A stretch of 64,000 nt of DNA, taken from Candidatus Omnitrophota bacterium. Lineage in GTDB: Bacteria > Omnitrophota > Gorgyraeia > Gygaellales > Profunditerraquicolaceae. Below, in pieces: positions 48,393 through 57,300 of the stretch. Position 1 is the stretch's first letter; each line of letters starts with the position of its first letter. The stretch lies in NCBI GenBank assembly GCA_026387335.1, contig JAPLLX010000003.1:10230-74229 (forward strand), in the 5' to 3' direction. Under the pieces are notes generated by a model, which saw nothing but the letters and a program-made list of their open reading frames with translations, was not told where the DNA came from and did no database searches. Position numbers and translations under genes: made by a program.

Positions 48393-50557
48393 ATCTGTTT
48401 GGTCTCTTGGCCTCCCGCAACGGAGTTCTTCAGCCAGGCCTCGCGATCAACCAGGATCCTGCGCGGTTTACTCCCTTCATACGGCCCGACCAGCCCTTCC
48501 AGCTCCATCATATCAATTATCCGGGCAGCGCGGGTATAGCCCAGGCGCATTCTCCTCTGCAATATGGAAACCGACGCCTGGTTACTCTCGATGATGACTT
48601 TTACCGCTTCATCATAAAGTTCGTCTTTTTCAGTATTATTCAAACCGCTCTTATGTTGTTCTTTCACAATATTCTCATTATAAACCGGCTCCCCTTGAGA
48701 TTTTATAAAGCTTACCACCCTGTCAATTTCTTTATCGCTGACCAAGGCGCCCTGGATCCGGGTAGGCTTTTCGTCGCCGGGGTTTAGAAAAAGCATATCG
48801 CCTTTACCTAAAAGCTTATCCGCGCCGTTCATATCCAAGACAGTGCGGGAATCTACTTTAGAAGCAACCTTAAAAGATAGACGCGCCGGAAGATTGGCTT
48901 TAATAACGCCGGTAATAACATTTACCGATGGCCGCTGCGTAGCCAGTATGAGGTGTATGCCGACTGCGCGGGCTAACTGGGCCAGGCGCTGCACAGCGGT
49001 CTCGATCTGATCAGGCATGACTATCATTAAATCCGCGAATTCATCCACTACCACAATGATATAAGGAAGCTTTTCTTCTTTATCGTTATAGCTCTCAATA
49101 TTCCTTACGCCGGTCTTGGCCAAAAGGCGGTAACGCTCTTCCATTTCGTTGACTACCCAATTAAGGGCCGCGGCTGCTTTTTTGGCCTCGGTAACCAGAG
49201 GGCACAAAAGATGCGGAATGTCGTTAAACGGCATAAGCTCAACCATCTTCGGATCGATCATTACAAACTTTAAATCATTGGGAGAGTTCCGGTAAAGAAG
49301 CGACAAAATAAGGGAATTAATACAGACGGTCTTGCCTGAACCGGTGGTTCCGGCGATCAATAGATGCGGCATATCTTCCAGTTTGGCCACAATGGTTTTA
49401 CCGGCAATATCCTTACCTAAAGCTATTGAAAGCTTGGACTTTACTTTTTGGAATGGCTCCGATGCCAGTACTTCCTTAAGGTATACAATGCTACTTTGCG
49501 TATTAGGGACTTCAATACCTACCCTGTCCTTTCCGGGGATAGGCGCGATGATCCTTACGGACTGAGCTTTCATGCTCAAAGCAATATCATCGCCTAAAGC
49601 CTCGATACGGCTGACCTTTACACCGGGAGCCGGCTCAAGCTCATAGCGGGTAATCACCGGACCGCGCTCAATATCGGTGACTTTAACCGAGATGCCAAAA
49701 TCTTCCAGAGTATCGGCTAATATGCGGGCGTTAGTCTCCAGGTCTCCCTTAATCTGCCGAGCTTCTAAAGGAGGAGGAGTATCCAGTAGATCCAAAGAAG
49801 GAAGATGATAATCTCCTATTTTTAATTCCTGAGGTTTTATTTTTACTTCGGGAGCAGCGGGTTTAGTTTTAATCTGGATTTTAGGCCTGGAATTAAGCGC
49901 ATCTTCCTGCGCGTCAACTATCTTAGGCTTAAGCAAGACAGCCGAGAGTTTATCTTGAGCTACCGGCTTAATTTTAACCGGTGTAAACCTCTCTTTTCTT
50001 TCACGTTTAAATAATCCGCCGAATAATTCCCGGGTTTTATTCAGGGCTCCAATGAACAAGGAAGAAAGCAGGGTTTCGCTCACCAGCGCTAACGATAACA
50101 GAATAAAGGTGATAAAAATAATAAATCCGCCTAAACGGCTAAAATAGGAAGTAATAAATTTAGGCAGCAGCGCGCCAAAAAGGCCTGAATAGTAAAACCT
50201 GAAAGATTCATTGCTTAAAGTAAACATCCCGATAAGCGAACTGATGGAAATCAACAGGACAAACATACCTAATATTCTGGGGGCGCTTAAATATGGCTTT
50301 TCCTGACGGAAAAACTTTATTCCTAACAAAATAATCAATAACGGCAGGACAAAACTTGTTGGCCGACCGAACAAAAATGTGATTATCTCGCCTAAATAGG
50401 CGCCGAATATACCTAAAAGATTTTTGGGGGGATAGTTGGGATACGAAGTGTAAAACGGCAGGTCAAGGCGCTCAAACCTTATAAGGCTAGCTAAGACCAT
50501 TAGCCCTAGCGCAACCAGAACAACGCCTTTTACTTCATTGATTCTTCTCTCTCTCAC
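48389..50557 (-). CDS. ftsK: DNA translocase FtsK/SpoIIIE
   Basis: 722 aa with N-terminal TM segments, a linker, the motor domain with Walker A (GTTGSGKT) and a C-terminal gamma winged helix. Confidence 0.9.
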   Translation of the reverse strand: MRERRINEVKGVVLVALGLMVLASLIRFERLDLPFYTSYPNYPPKNLLGIFGAYLGEIITFLFGRPTSFVLPLLIILLGIKFFRQEKPYLSAPRILGMFVLLISISSLIGMFTLSNESFRFYYSGLFGALLPKFITSYFSRLGGFIIFITFILLSLALVSETLLSSLFIGALNKTRELFGGLFKRERKERFTPVKIKPVAQDKLSAVLLKPKIVDAQEDALNSRPKIQIKTKPAAPEVKIKPQELKIGDYHLPSLDLLDTPPPLEARQIKGDLETNARILADTLEDFGISVKVTDIERGPVITRYELEPAPGVKVSRIEALGDDIALSMKAQSVRIIAPIPGKDRVGIEVPNTQSSIVYLKEVLASEPFQKVKSKLSIALGKDIAGKTIVAKLEDMPHLLIAGTTGSGKTVCINSLILSLLYRNSPNDLKFVMIDPKMVELMPFNDIPHLLCPLVTEAKKAAAALNWVVNEMEERYRLLAKTGVRNIESYNDKEEKLPYIIVVVDEFADLMIVMPDQIETAVQRLAQLARAVGIHLILATQRPSVNVITGVIKANLPARLSFKVASKVDSRTVLDMNGADKLLGKGDMLFLNPGDEKPTRIQGALVSDKEIDRVVSFIKSQGEPVYNENIVKEQHKSGLNNTEKDELYDEAVKVIIESNQASVSILQRRMRLGYTRAARIIDMMELEGLVGPYEGSKPRRILVDREAWLKNSVAGGQETKQI

Positions 50558-50570
50558 TTTTACTTGCTTA

Positions 50571-52649
50571 TCAAGCAGTTTCCGCCTGTTTTCTGCTCAG
50601 GTTGATCCTGCCTAATTCATCTATGCCGATAACTTTAACCTTGATTTCATCGCCGACCTTGACTACTTCTTCCACGGACTTAACAAATTTATCCGAAAGC
50701 TCCGAAACATGGACCAGGCCTTCTTTCCGCGGAGCAATCTCGCAAAAGGCGCCAAACGCCATGATCCGCTTTACTTTACCTATATATACGCGCCCCACTT
50801 CCACATCATCGGTAATAGCTTTAATCATTTTAATCGCCGCATCCGATTTAGCCGCATCAGTTGAACCGACTAAAACAGTGCCGTCATCCTCAATATCCAC
50901 GCTAGCGCCGGTAGCGGCAATGATCGCTTTTATGTTCTTGCCGCCTGGCCCGATAAGCTCGCCTATCTTCTCGGTGTTGATTTTAATGACATCAATACGC
51001 GGGGCATAAGCGGATAATTGCTCGCGCGGAGCGGCTAAAGCCGCGGACATTTTATCTAAAATAAATATCCTTGCCTCATGAGCCTGGGCCAAACATTTTT
51101 CCAGCAAGGGAATATCAATACCGTCAATTTTTAAATCCATCTGCACGGCGGTTACCCCTTTACGGGTCCCGGCTACTTTAAAATCCATATCCCCGAAGTG
51201 GTCTTCTAATCCGGCGATATCCGTCAAAATTAAAGCTTTGTTCCCTTCCTTGATCAGGCCTAAAGCAATACCGGCGACTGTATCTTTTATCGGGACGCCC
51301 GCGTCCATAAGCGAGAGCGCGGAAGCGCAGACCGTAGCCATGCTGGAAGAACCGTTAGATTCTAAAATCTCGGAAACCACTCTTATTGTATAAGGAAATT
51401 TTTCTTTGGAAGGCATTACCGCAAGCAGGGCTTTTTCCGCCAGCGCCCCGTGGCCGATTTCGCGCCTTCCCGGGCCGCGTACAGGGCCGGTCTCCCCTAC
51501 ACTAAAAGGCGGAAAACTATAATGCAACATAAATGATTTAGTCTTCTCTCCTTCCAGCGCTTCGATCTTCTGCTCGTCTTCGCCTGTGCCTAAAGTTGTA
51601 ATGGCTAAACTCTGCGTCTGGCCGCGGGTAAATAATGCCGAGCCGTGCGTACGCGGGAGAAATGAGACTTCGCAGGAGATCGGGCGGATATCCTTAAACC
51701 CTCTTCCGTCAATACGAATATTATCCGAAAGTATTTTATTTCTTACCTGCTCTTTTTCTACTTCCGTAAGCGCGTATTTAATATCTTCGGCAGAAAAGCC
51801 TTCTGCGGTCAATTTTTCTTCCAATTCTTTGGCTAACAGATGCACTGCCTCTTCGCGTTCTTCTTTTGTGCCTAATTTATAGACTTCATTTAACTTTTTC
51901 CCGGCCATTTCTTCCACTTTAGTTGCTAACTCCGGGGTTATTTTCTTAAATTCTATTTTTGCCTTAGGCTTACCGTATTTCTTCGCGAATTCTTCCTGCA
52001 TATGGATAAGCTCTTTAAGATGCACGTGGCCGAATTTAACCGCTTCCAGGTATTCTGCCTCAGAAATCTCTTTGGCCTTTGACTCAAGCATCACGACACC
52101 TTTGGAATTAGCAGCTAGGACTACCTCTAAATCCGAGCTCTCCCATTGAGTATAAGTAGGATTGATTATTAATGCGTTATTTACTCTGGCTACACGGCAG
52201 CAGACAAGCGGGCCGTTAAACGGAATATCGGATATACCTAGCGCGGCCGACGCGCCGTTTACAGCCAGGATGTCGGGATCGTTCTCACCGTCGCTGGATA
52301 AAACCATGGCCATAACCTGCACATCATTTAAGAAGCCTTCCGGAAAAAGCGGCCTGATGGGCCGGTCAATAAGGCGGGCGGTTAAAATTTCGCTCTCCGA
52401 AGGCCTGCCCTCTTTTTTAAAGAACCCTCCGGGGATACGGCCGGCGGCATAAGTCTTCTCCTGGTATTCCACGGTCAAAGGAAAGAAATCCCGGCCTTCC
52501 TTGATTTCGGCCGACATACAGGCAGTCACCAAAACAACGGTCCCGCCATAACTGATAGTCACGGAACCATTGGCCTGCTTAGCGATCTTACCCGTTTCCA
52601 GGATCAAATCATTATTGCCAAATTTTATTTTTAAGGTATTGTCTTGCAT
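50571..52649 (-). CDS. pnp: Polyribonucleotide nucleotidyltransferase (PNPase)
   Basis: 692 aa with two RNase PH domains plus KH and S1 domains. Confidence 0.92.
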   Translation of the reverse strand: MQDNTLKIKFGNNDLILETGKIAKQANGSVTISYGGTVVLVTACMSAEIKEGRDFFPLTVEYQEKTYAAGRIPGGFFKKEGRPSESEILTARLIDRPIRPLFPEGFLNDVQVMAMVLSSDGENDPDILAVNGASAALGISDIPFNGPLVCCRVARVNNALIINPTYTQWESSDLEVVLAANSKGVVMLESKAKEISEAEYLEAVKFGHVHLKELIHMQEEFAKKYGKPKAKIEFKKITPELATKVEEMAGKKLNEVYKLGTKEEREEAVHLLAKELEEKLTAEGFSAEDIKYALTEVEKEQVRNKILSDNIRIDGRGFKDIRPISCEVSFLPRTHGSALFTRGQTQSLAITTLGTGEDEQKIEALEGEKTKSFMLHYSFPPFSVGETGPVRGPGRREIGHGALAEKALLAVMPSKEKFPYTIRVVSEILESNGSSSMATVCASALSLMDAGVPIKDTVAGIALGLIKEGNKALILTDIAGLEDHFGDMDFKVAGTRKGVTAVQMDLKIDGIDIPLLEKCLAQAHEARIFILDKMSAALAAPREQLSAYAPRIDVIKINTEKIGELIGPGGKNIKAIIAATGASVDIEDDGTVLVGSTDAAKSDAAIKMIKAITDDVEVGRVYIGKVKRIMAFGAFCEIAPRKEGLVHVSELSDKFVKSVEEVVKVGDEIKVKVIGIDELGRINLSRKQAETA

Positions 52650-52677
52650 AATAATATTTTTAGGATGAAACCTCGAT

Positions 52678-52947
52678 TTATTTTCTCAAAGAAAGCTTTT
52701 CCAAGACCTCTTCATACTTCTTGGCGTCTTTTTTCTTGAGATAGTTGAGGAGCCTGCGGCGTGTACCTACAAGTGAAAGCAGCCCGCGACGAGAATGAAA
52801 ATCTTTTTTATGGAGCTTTAAATGCCCTCCTAAGAGATTAATCCTCTCGGTTAAAATCGCGATCTGGACCTCAGCTGAGCCGGTATCTCTGGCGTTAACC
52901 TTAAATTCTTCGATAATCTTCGCTTTTTTCTCTTTAACCAAAACCAA
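52678..52947 (-). CDS. rpsO: 30S ribosomal protein S15
   Basis: 89 aa with the S15 signature (HSRRGLL...). The start is probably TTG, preceded by RBS AGGAGGTG. Confidence 0.9.
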   Translation of the reverse strand: MVLVKEKKAKIIEEFKVNARDTGSAEVQIAILTERINLLGGHLKLHKKDFHSRRGLLSLVGTRRRLLNYLKKKDAKKYEEVLEKLSLRK

Positions 52948-52978
52948 ACTTACCCACCTCCTTCTATATTATTTTAAT

Positions 52979-53007
52979 ATTATACGATAAATTCACCGGT
53001 AAGTCAA
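52979..53007 (-). promoter_or_regulatory. Consensus sigma70-type promoter for rpsO-pnp (-35 TTGACT, 17-nt spacer, -10 TATAAT)
   Basis: Reverse complement reads TTGACTtaccggtgaatttatcgTATAAT, about 30 nt upstream of the rpsO start. Confidence 0.6.
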
Positions 53008-53015
53008 TGTAAACG

Positions 53016-53144
53016 CTATTTATTTTTATCCAGCAAGATAATGATCTTATCCAGCTTATTCAACACCAATATACTGAACAGAACAAACCAAACCGTTAAG
53101 CCTAAAGATATCAGGCCACCGATAAAACTTACTCCTCCCGCCAT
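53016..53144 (-). CDS. Small hydrophobic (single-TM) peptide, 42 aa
   Basis: Translates as MAGGVSFIGGLISLGLTVWFVLFSILVLNKLDKIIILLDKNK. RBS GGAGGAGAG lies 5 nt upstream of the ATG. It is absent from the track because it is under 60 aa. Confidence 0.4.
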   Translation of the reverse strand: MAGGVSFIGGLISLGLTVWFVLFSILVLNKLDKIIILLDKNK

Positions 53145-53211
53145 ATCTCTCCTCCATCTTTTAACAACCTGTATTTTATATTAACACAGGCGCCGGAAAC
53201 AAACAATAGAT

Positions 53212-53373
53212 TTATTGCTTAGCCTCGGCCTCCCCGACAAATTTCTTGATCTCTTCGATATTCTCCAGGATTAGGCGAGCTTTGCTCAGGCCGAATGAAA
53301 ACGGATACTGGTCATTTTCATCCCTCTTTATAATCAAAACCGGTTTACCTTTGAATTCGCTTCTCTCTACCAT
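53212..53373 (-). CDS. Small hypothetical protein, 53 aa
   Basis: Translates as MVERSEFKGKPVLIIKRDENDQYPFSFGLSKARLILENIEEIKKFVGEAEAKQ. Composition is protein-like. It lies antisense to the rejected plus-strand track ORF 53246-53449. Confidence 0.35.
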   Translation of the reverse strand: MVERSEFKGKPVLIIKRDENDQYPFSFGLSKARLILENIEEIKKFVGEAEAKQ

Positions 53374-53408
53374 TTTTTTACGCTCCTTTTTTTCTGCCGC
53401 TCTTCTTA

Positions 53409-53885
53409 TTAATATACTACTCTTTTCTCTAACGTCCCCCAGGCATTAAGCAGGGCTAAGCATTCTTTACGCAGGAAAGCGGGGATAATTTTAACTTTGC
53501 TCTTACCCAGCGCCTTCATTTTGGCGCTTTTAATGCTCAACTCGTTAAAACCTATGCTCCTGGCGTCGGCAATAGCCGTGCCGTAAATCACTTTATTTAT
53601 TCTTGCCCAGTGTATCGCGCTAAAACACATCGGGCAGGGCTCAGTCGTAGAATAGATGACACAGCCTGACAAATCAAAAGTCTTTAACTTCTGGGAAGCC
53701 AGGCGTATGGCATTTATCTCGGCATGAGCTGTCGCGTCGCTAGATAATACCCTGTTGCGCTCTATGGCCAGAATTTTAGAACCTTTTACAATACAGGCGC
53801 CGAATGGCCCGCCAGCCAAAGATTTAAAGTTTTTGGCAGCCTCTTTAAGCGCAAGACGCATGTAACTTTTGGATAAGCCAGCCAT
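53409..53885 (-). CDS. CDA-fold nucleoside deaminase, guanine deaminase (GuaD)-like (often auto-annotated as TadA)
   Basis: 158 aa with GGPFGACIV...HAEINAIR...PCPMC..AIHWARI..V.Y. This zinc-deaminase pattern is collinear with B. subtilis GuaD. Its ATG overlaps the upstream gene's stop codon (TAATG). Confidence 0.65.
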   Translation of the reverse strand: MAGLSKSYMRLALKEAAKNFKSLAGGPFGACIVKGSKILAIERNRVLSSDATAHAEINAIRLASQKLKTFDLSGCVIYSTTEPCPMCFSAIHWARINKVIYGTAIADARSIGFNELSIKSAKMKALGKSKVKIIPAFLRKECLALLNAWGTLEKRVVY

Positions 53886-54241
53886 TACTTACTCCTACCG
53901 CGCACGGGAATACCTTGAGCCCTTAAATCATCGGTCTTTTCTTTGGAACATTTCATACAGAGAAATACCGGAGGGCAATCGCTCTTATCGTAATTTACGG
54001 TCTTAACCAGGCGCCACAAATGCGAAACAACTCCGCATTTATCGCATTTACCTTCCTTTATATGCCAGATCTCAATAGCCTTAGAGGTAAAAATAAACTT
54101 ATCCACCCAAAAGAAGATCGCGCCTCCGATTAAATTGGCTATTACCGTAGCCTGGAGGCTCGCGCCAAGCTGCTTGACTACAATCCAAAGAATCGGTGTG
54201 CTTAACTGCCAACGGATAAGATAAAGAATAAATCTTTTCAT
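53885..54241 (-). CDS. Small membrane protein with C-terminal Cys4 zinc ribbon
   Basis: 118 aa with two N-terminal hydrophobic helices (GtrA-like flavour) and CDKC...CMKC. Translationally coupled to the deaminase gene. Confidence 0.5.
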   Translation of the reverse strand: MKRFILYLIRWQLSTPILWIVVKQLGASLQATVIANLIGGAIFFWVDKFIFTSKAIEIWHIKEGKCDKCGVVSHLWRLVKTVNYDKSDCPPVFLCMKCSKEKTDDLRAQGIPVRGRSK

Positions 54242-54343
54242 AAGGTTTTTATTGTAGCGTTAAATACTAATTAATTCAATGATAATTATTAGGAACAGAA
54301 AAAATGGCGGGCAGTTAACAAAAAACTAAGTCGGAGAATACCG

Positions 54344-57300
54344 TTAACTCCGTGAATCAACCATTACTAAAGCCTCCCTCAATTCCGGAGAACTTTCACT
54401 AGCATTTTCTTCTTCTAGCTTAAAAATATCTGCAAGACAAAGTAACAAGCTATTGGCCTGCGAATTCATCTCCTTCTTCTGCATACAAGCAGCGATAAGC
54501 TCTTTGATCCTTTGTCCGGAAGGAATAATCCCGGATTGTACCATATTCTTAATCTGCTGCATCTCTGAATCAATATTAATTTGCACAAGCTCTGCCTGGC
54601 TTAATTGTGGAAGTTTAAAATTCAAACCCTGAAAGCTCCCCATTGGCTGAATAGTCATAGGCAGTGCGCGAAAATCAATGCCGCCAAAAGGATTCTCAAG
54701 TGATGAGCTAGCCTTATCTGAACTTGGAGCCCGTGGCGTAAAGCTTTGAAAATTATCCTCTCGGACTCTAAACTCTTGACCTTCAGCTTCTGCGACCGCT
54801 GGGTTGAATTGGATTATTGGCGAAGCAGAAGAAGGCTCTAATTTCACAATGAAATTCCTCTTTTTTCTTGTCTGAGAAGTTTCGGCTCGGAGAATAAGTT
54901 CCCTATAGAATATATCATAAGTAGTCTCTAGTATTGTTCCTCCTTGATTAGAGTAAAACCTTTCAGTAATGTGGTCTCCCATTGTGGAACATAAGAATTG
55001 GCGATAAAATCTATCGACCACTCCTTTATTTCCTAAAACAAGTAACTTATTATTTTCTGGAGGATCTGCATAACGATTTTCTTCTTCATAATATATGACA
55101 ATTTGATCTTCACCGCTGATTACCGAGTAGGGAATTTTAATATATTTTTTACGCTCCCCTTTGGTAACTTCAAGCATCCCAAGAATTCTCACCGCTGAGC
55201 TAGCAGCAACTGTTTGTGCCGCTGAAGAAGCAGCAAGAATATCTAATGCCTCTTTTGCTCTATGTCTAAGAGCGGGTTCTATATGGTCCCACTTTAAAAT
55301 CTCCTTAAAAGTGGGGACAAGAATCTTCAGGGCATCAAAGGCTTTTGCTTCTATTAATGCTATAATGGACGCTTCATAAAGATATTCGGTATCCCAGACA
55401 TTATAAGTAAATCTCTTTAAATCATCTATAAGGGATGGAGCAAGGTCCCGTATGGTCTCAAAATCTTTCTCTGTTATCAATATCTGGATTGCCAAACTAC
55501 GAGACTTGTCAGAATAACCAGACCGAGAACGATCTATGATCCTCTTAAGCATAATAGTAGGAACAATATTCTCTATGATGTCATGGATTCCCACTCCTGC
55601 CAATGTTCGGATTGCATTAATGATCAAGGACCTATTAGAATTAGGATCTTTTGCAACCTCCTTAAAAATTAGGATAAGAGTATACAGGGTTTTTAAATCT
55701 CTCGCTTTTATCAATTCTCGGATTATTGTACTCAGAAACTCCTGATCAGCGGTACCCTTATCCATAGAGTAGGTTTCTATAATCTTCTTAAGGGTAGGAG
55801 CAATGTGCTCCATGAAACCAGTTTTTAGTCCTATTAACTCAAGAATTATTGCTTTACGAAAACGGTAATCCATAGGAACATTGAAGGTGTCAAGGGCTTT
55901 CGCTTCTATCACCGCCTGGATTGCTATCCAGCGCAAATCAAAATTATAGGATGAATACCCAATCTTCTTAAGAGTGGGGGCAAGGGCTTTTAGGGTGTCA
56001 AATGCTTCCGTTTCTATCAATGCCTGGATTGCTACTACACGAGTAGAATCAGAAGATTTAGGATCTTCTATAATTCTTTGCCATTCCAATACGTGACTAT
56101 TTCTCACTGCTGAGCTGGCTGATTTTTTATCAGAATTTTTAAGCGATGAACTGCCAGATAATTTCTCATAATATTCCCAATTATATATAAATAGCTGTCC
56201 ATCTTTGTACCTGGCCACAAGTCCTTTTTTCCCCAATTCTTTTGTAAGATCCCCTGGTGAAAGTTGAACGATATGTCTTAAATCCCAATTTATTAGAATG
56301 TTTTTCTCAATTTCCGCCGCAGCTTTACGAGCCACTCCTGAAGGAGCAGTAAGATTTACACGAGTGATCTTATTTCCTTTAGTTAGCTTGTGAACAATAA
56401 AAAGAAGCTTAACCAAAGAAGCGCCATTCTTTATCCCCCTGAAGAAGAAAATACCATAATCAAAAACCTCTATGCCGCTCTTAATAGCTTCTGTGAATCT
56501 TTCCATTTCTTTTTTAGTTATAAGATTATTTAATTTTTCTAATTCTTCTTTGACTTGATCATATTTTGTAGGACCTTTGTCATCATCTACTACATCATCT
56601 ACATTTGAACTAAAAAGTTTCCATCTGTGCCCAAAAAAAGCTTCTTTTAAATCATTTAACGATCTAATTGGCTCCATTCCTACCTTTGCATAGAACTCTG
56701 CTTTTCTTTTTCTAATTGATTCCCCTGCATCTAAAAGGGTTGATATGGAAAGTACCTTAATGTAATCTACTATTTCTGATTCCTGTTTAGGATTAAGAGA
56801 CTCCGGATTAGAAGTTAAGTAATCAGGCGTTCTTTCGCCAAAGAATAACGTGCCCAAATCCACATGAGAACGAATAATGCTGGTTATTTTTCGAATCTGT
56901 TCGGTGTCAAAACCAAGTTGCATTAACCAGGGCTCTATCATCTTGGCGCCTTCATTTGGATGTCCTTGAGCTTTTATATGTTCCCCAACGTCATGTAAAA
57001 GTATGGCGAGATAAAGCAACTCCCTATCTTTCGGCTCCTTTATAATATCTTGTAATATTTTACGGTAGCTATCAAAAAGCACCCTACCCTCATCTCCTTG
57101 GAATAACCACCATTCCCCCTCCCATTTTCCTGACTCTTTTCTCCATGTATCTATTCTATTGTTAAAATCATCTAATTTATTATTTTCAATAAGCGATAAT
57201 TCTTCAACAAGCCTTAAGGTATGCTTAAATACAGAAACCCCCGCTGCCCTATTTTTAAGTTTGCTTTTTAGACTTTCCATAACAGGGAATATCTGTGATA

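Noticed and set aside
53145-53200. Alternative 33-aa ORF (MEERYGGRSKFYRWPDIFRLNGLVCSVQYIGVE) starting 16 nt upstream of the 42-aa hydrophobic peptide, in a different frame
   Set aside because: It has no RBS and an unremarkable composition. The overlapping 42-aa frame has a strong GGAGG RBS and a clean TM-helix profile.
53246-53449. 67-aa plus-strand track ORF in the rpsO-deaminase intergenic region
   Set aside because: It has the hydrophobic, low-complexity composition of an antisense shadow. The opposite (minus) strand carries a more protein-like 53-aa ORF co-oriented with the neighbours.
53409-53885. Calling the CDA-fold gene tRNA adenosine deaminase TadA
   Set aside because: The extended C-terminal segment and motif spacing follow the GuaD-type guanine/nucleoside deaminase pattern rather than the TadA pattern. 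It is kept as a generic GuaD-like deaminase with moderate confidence.
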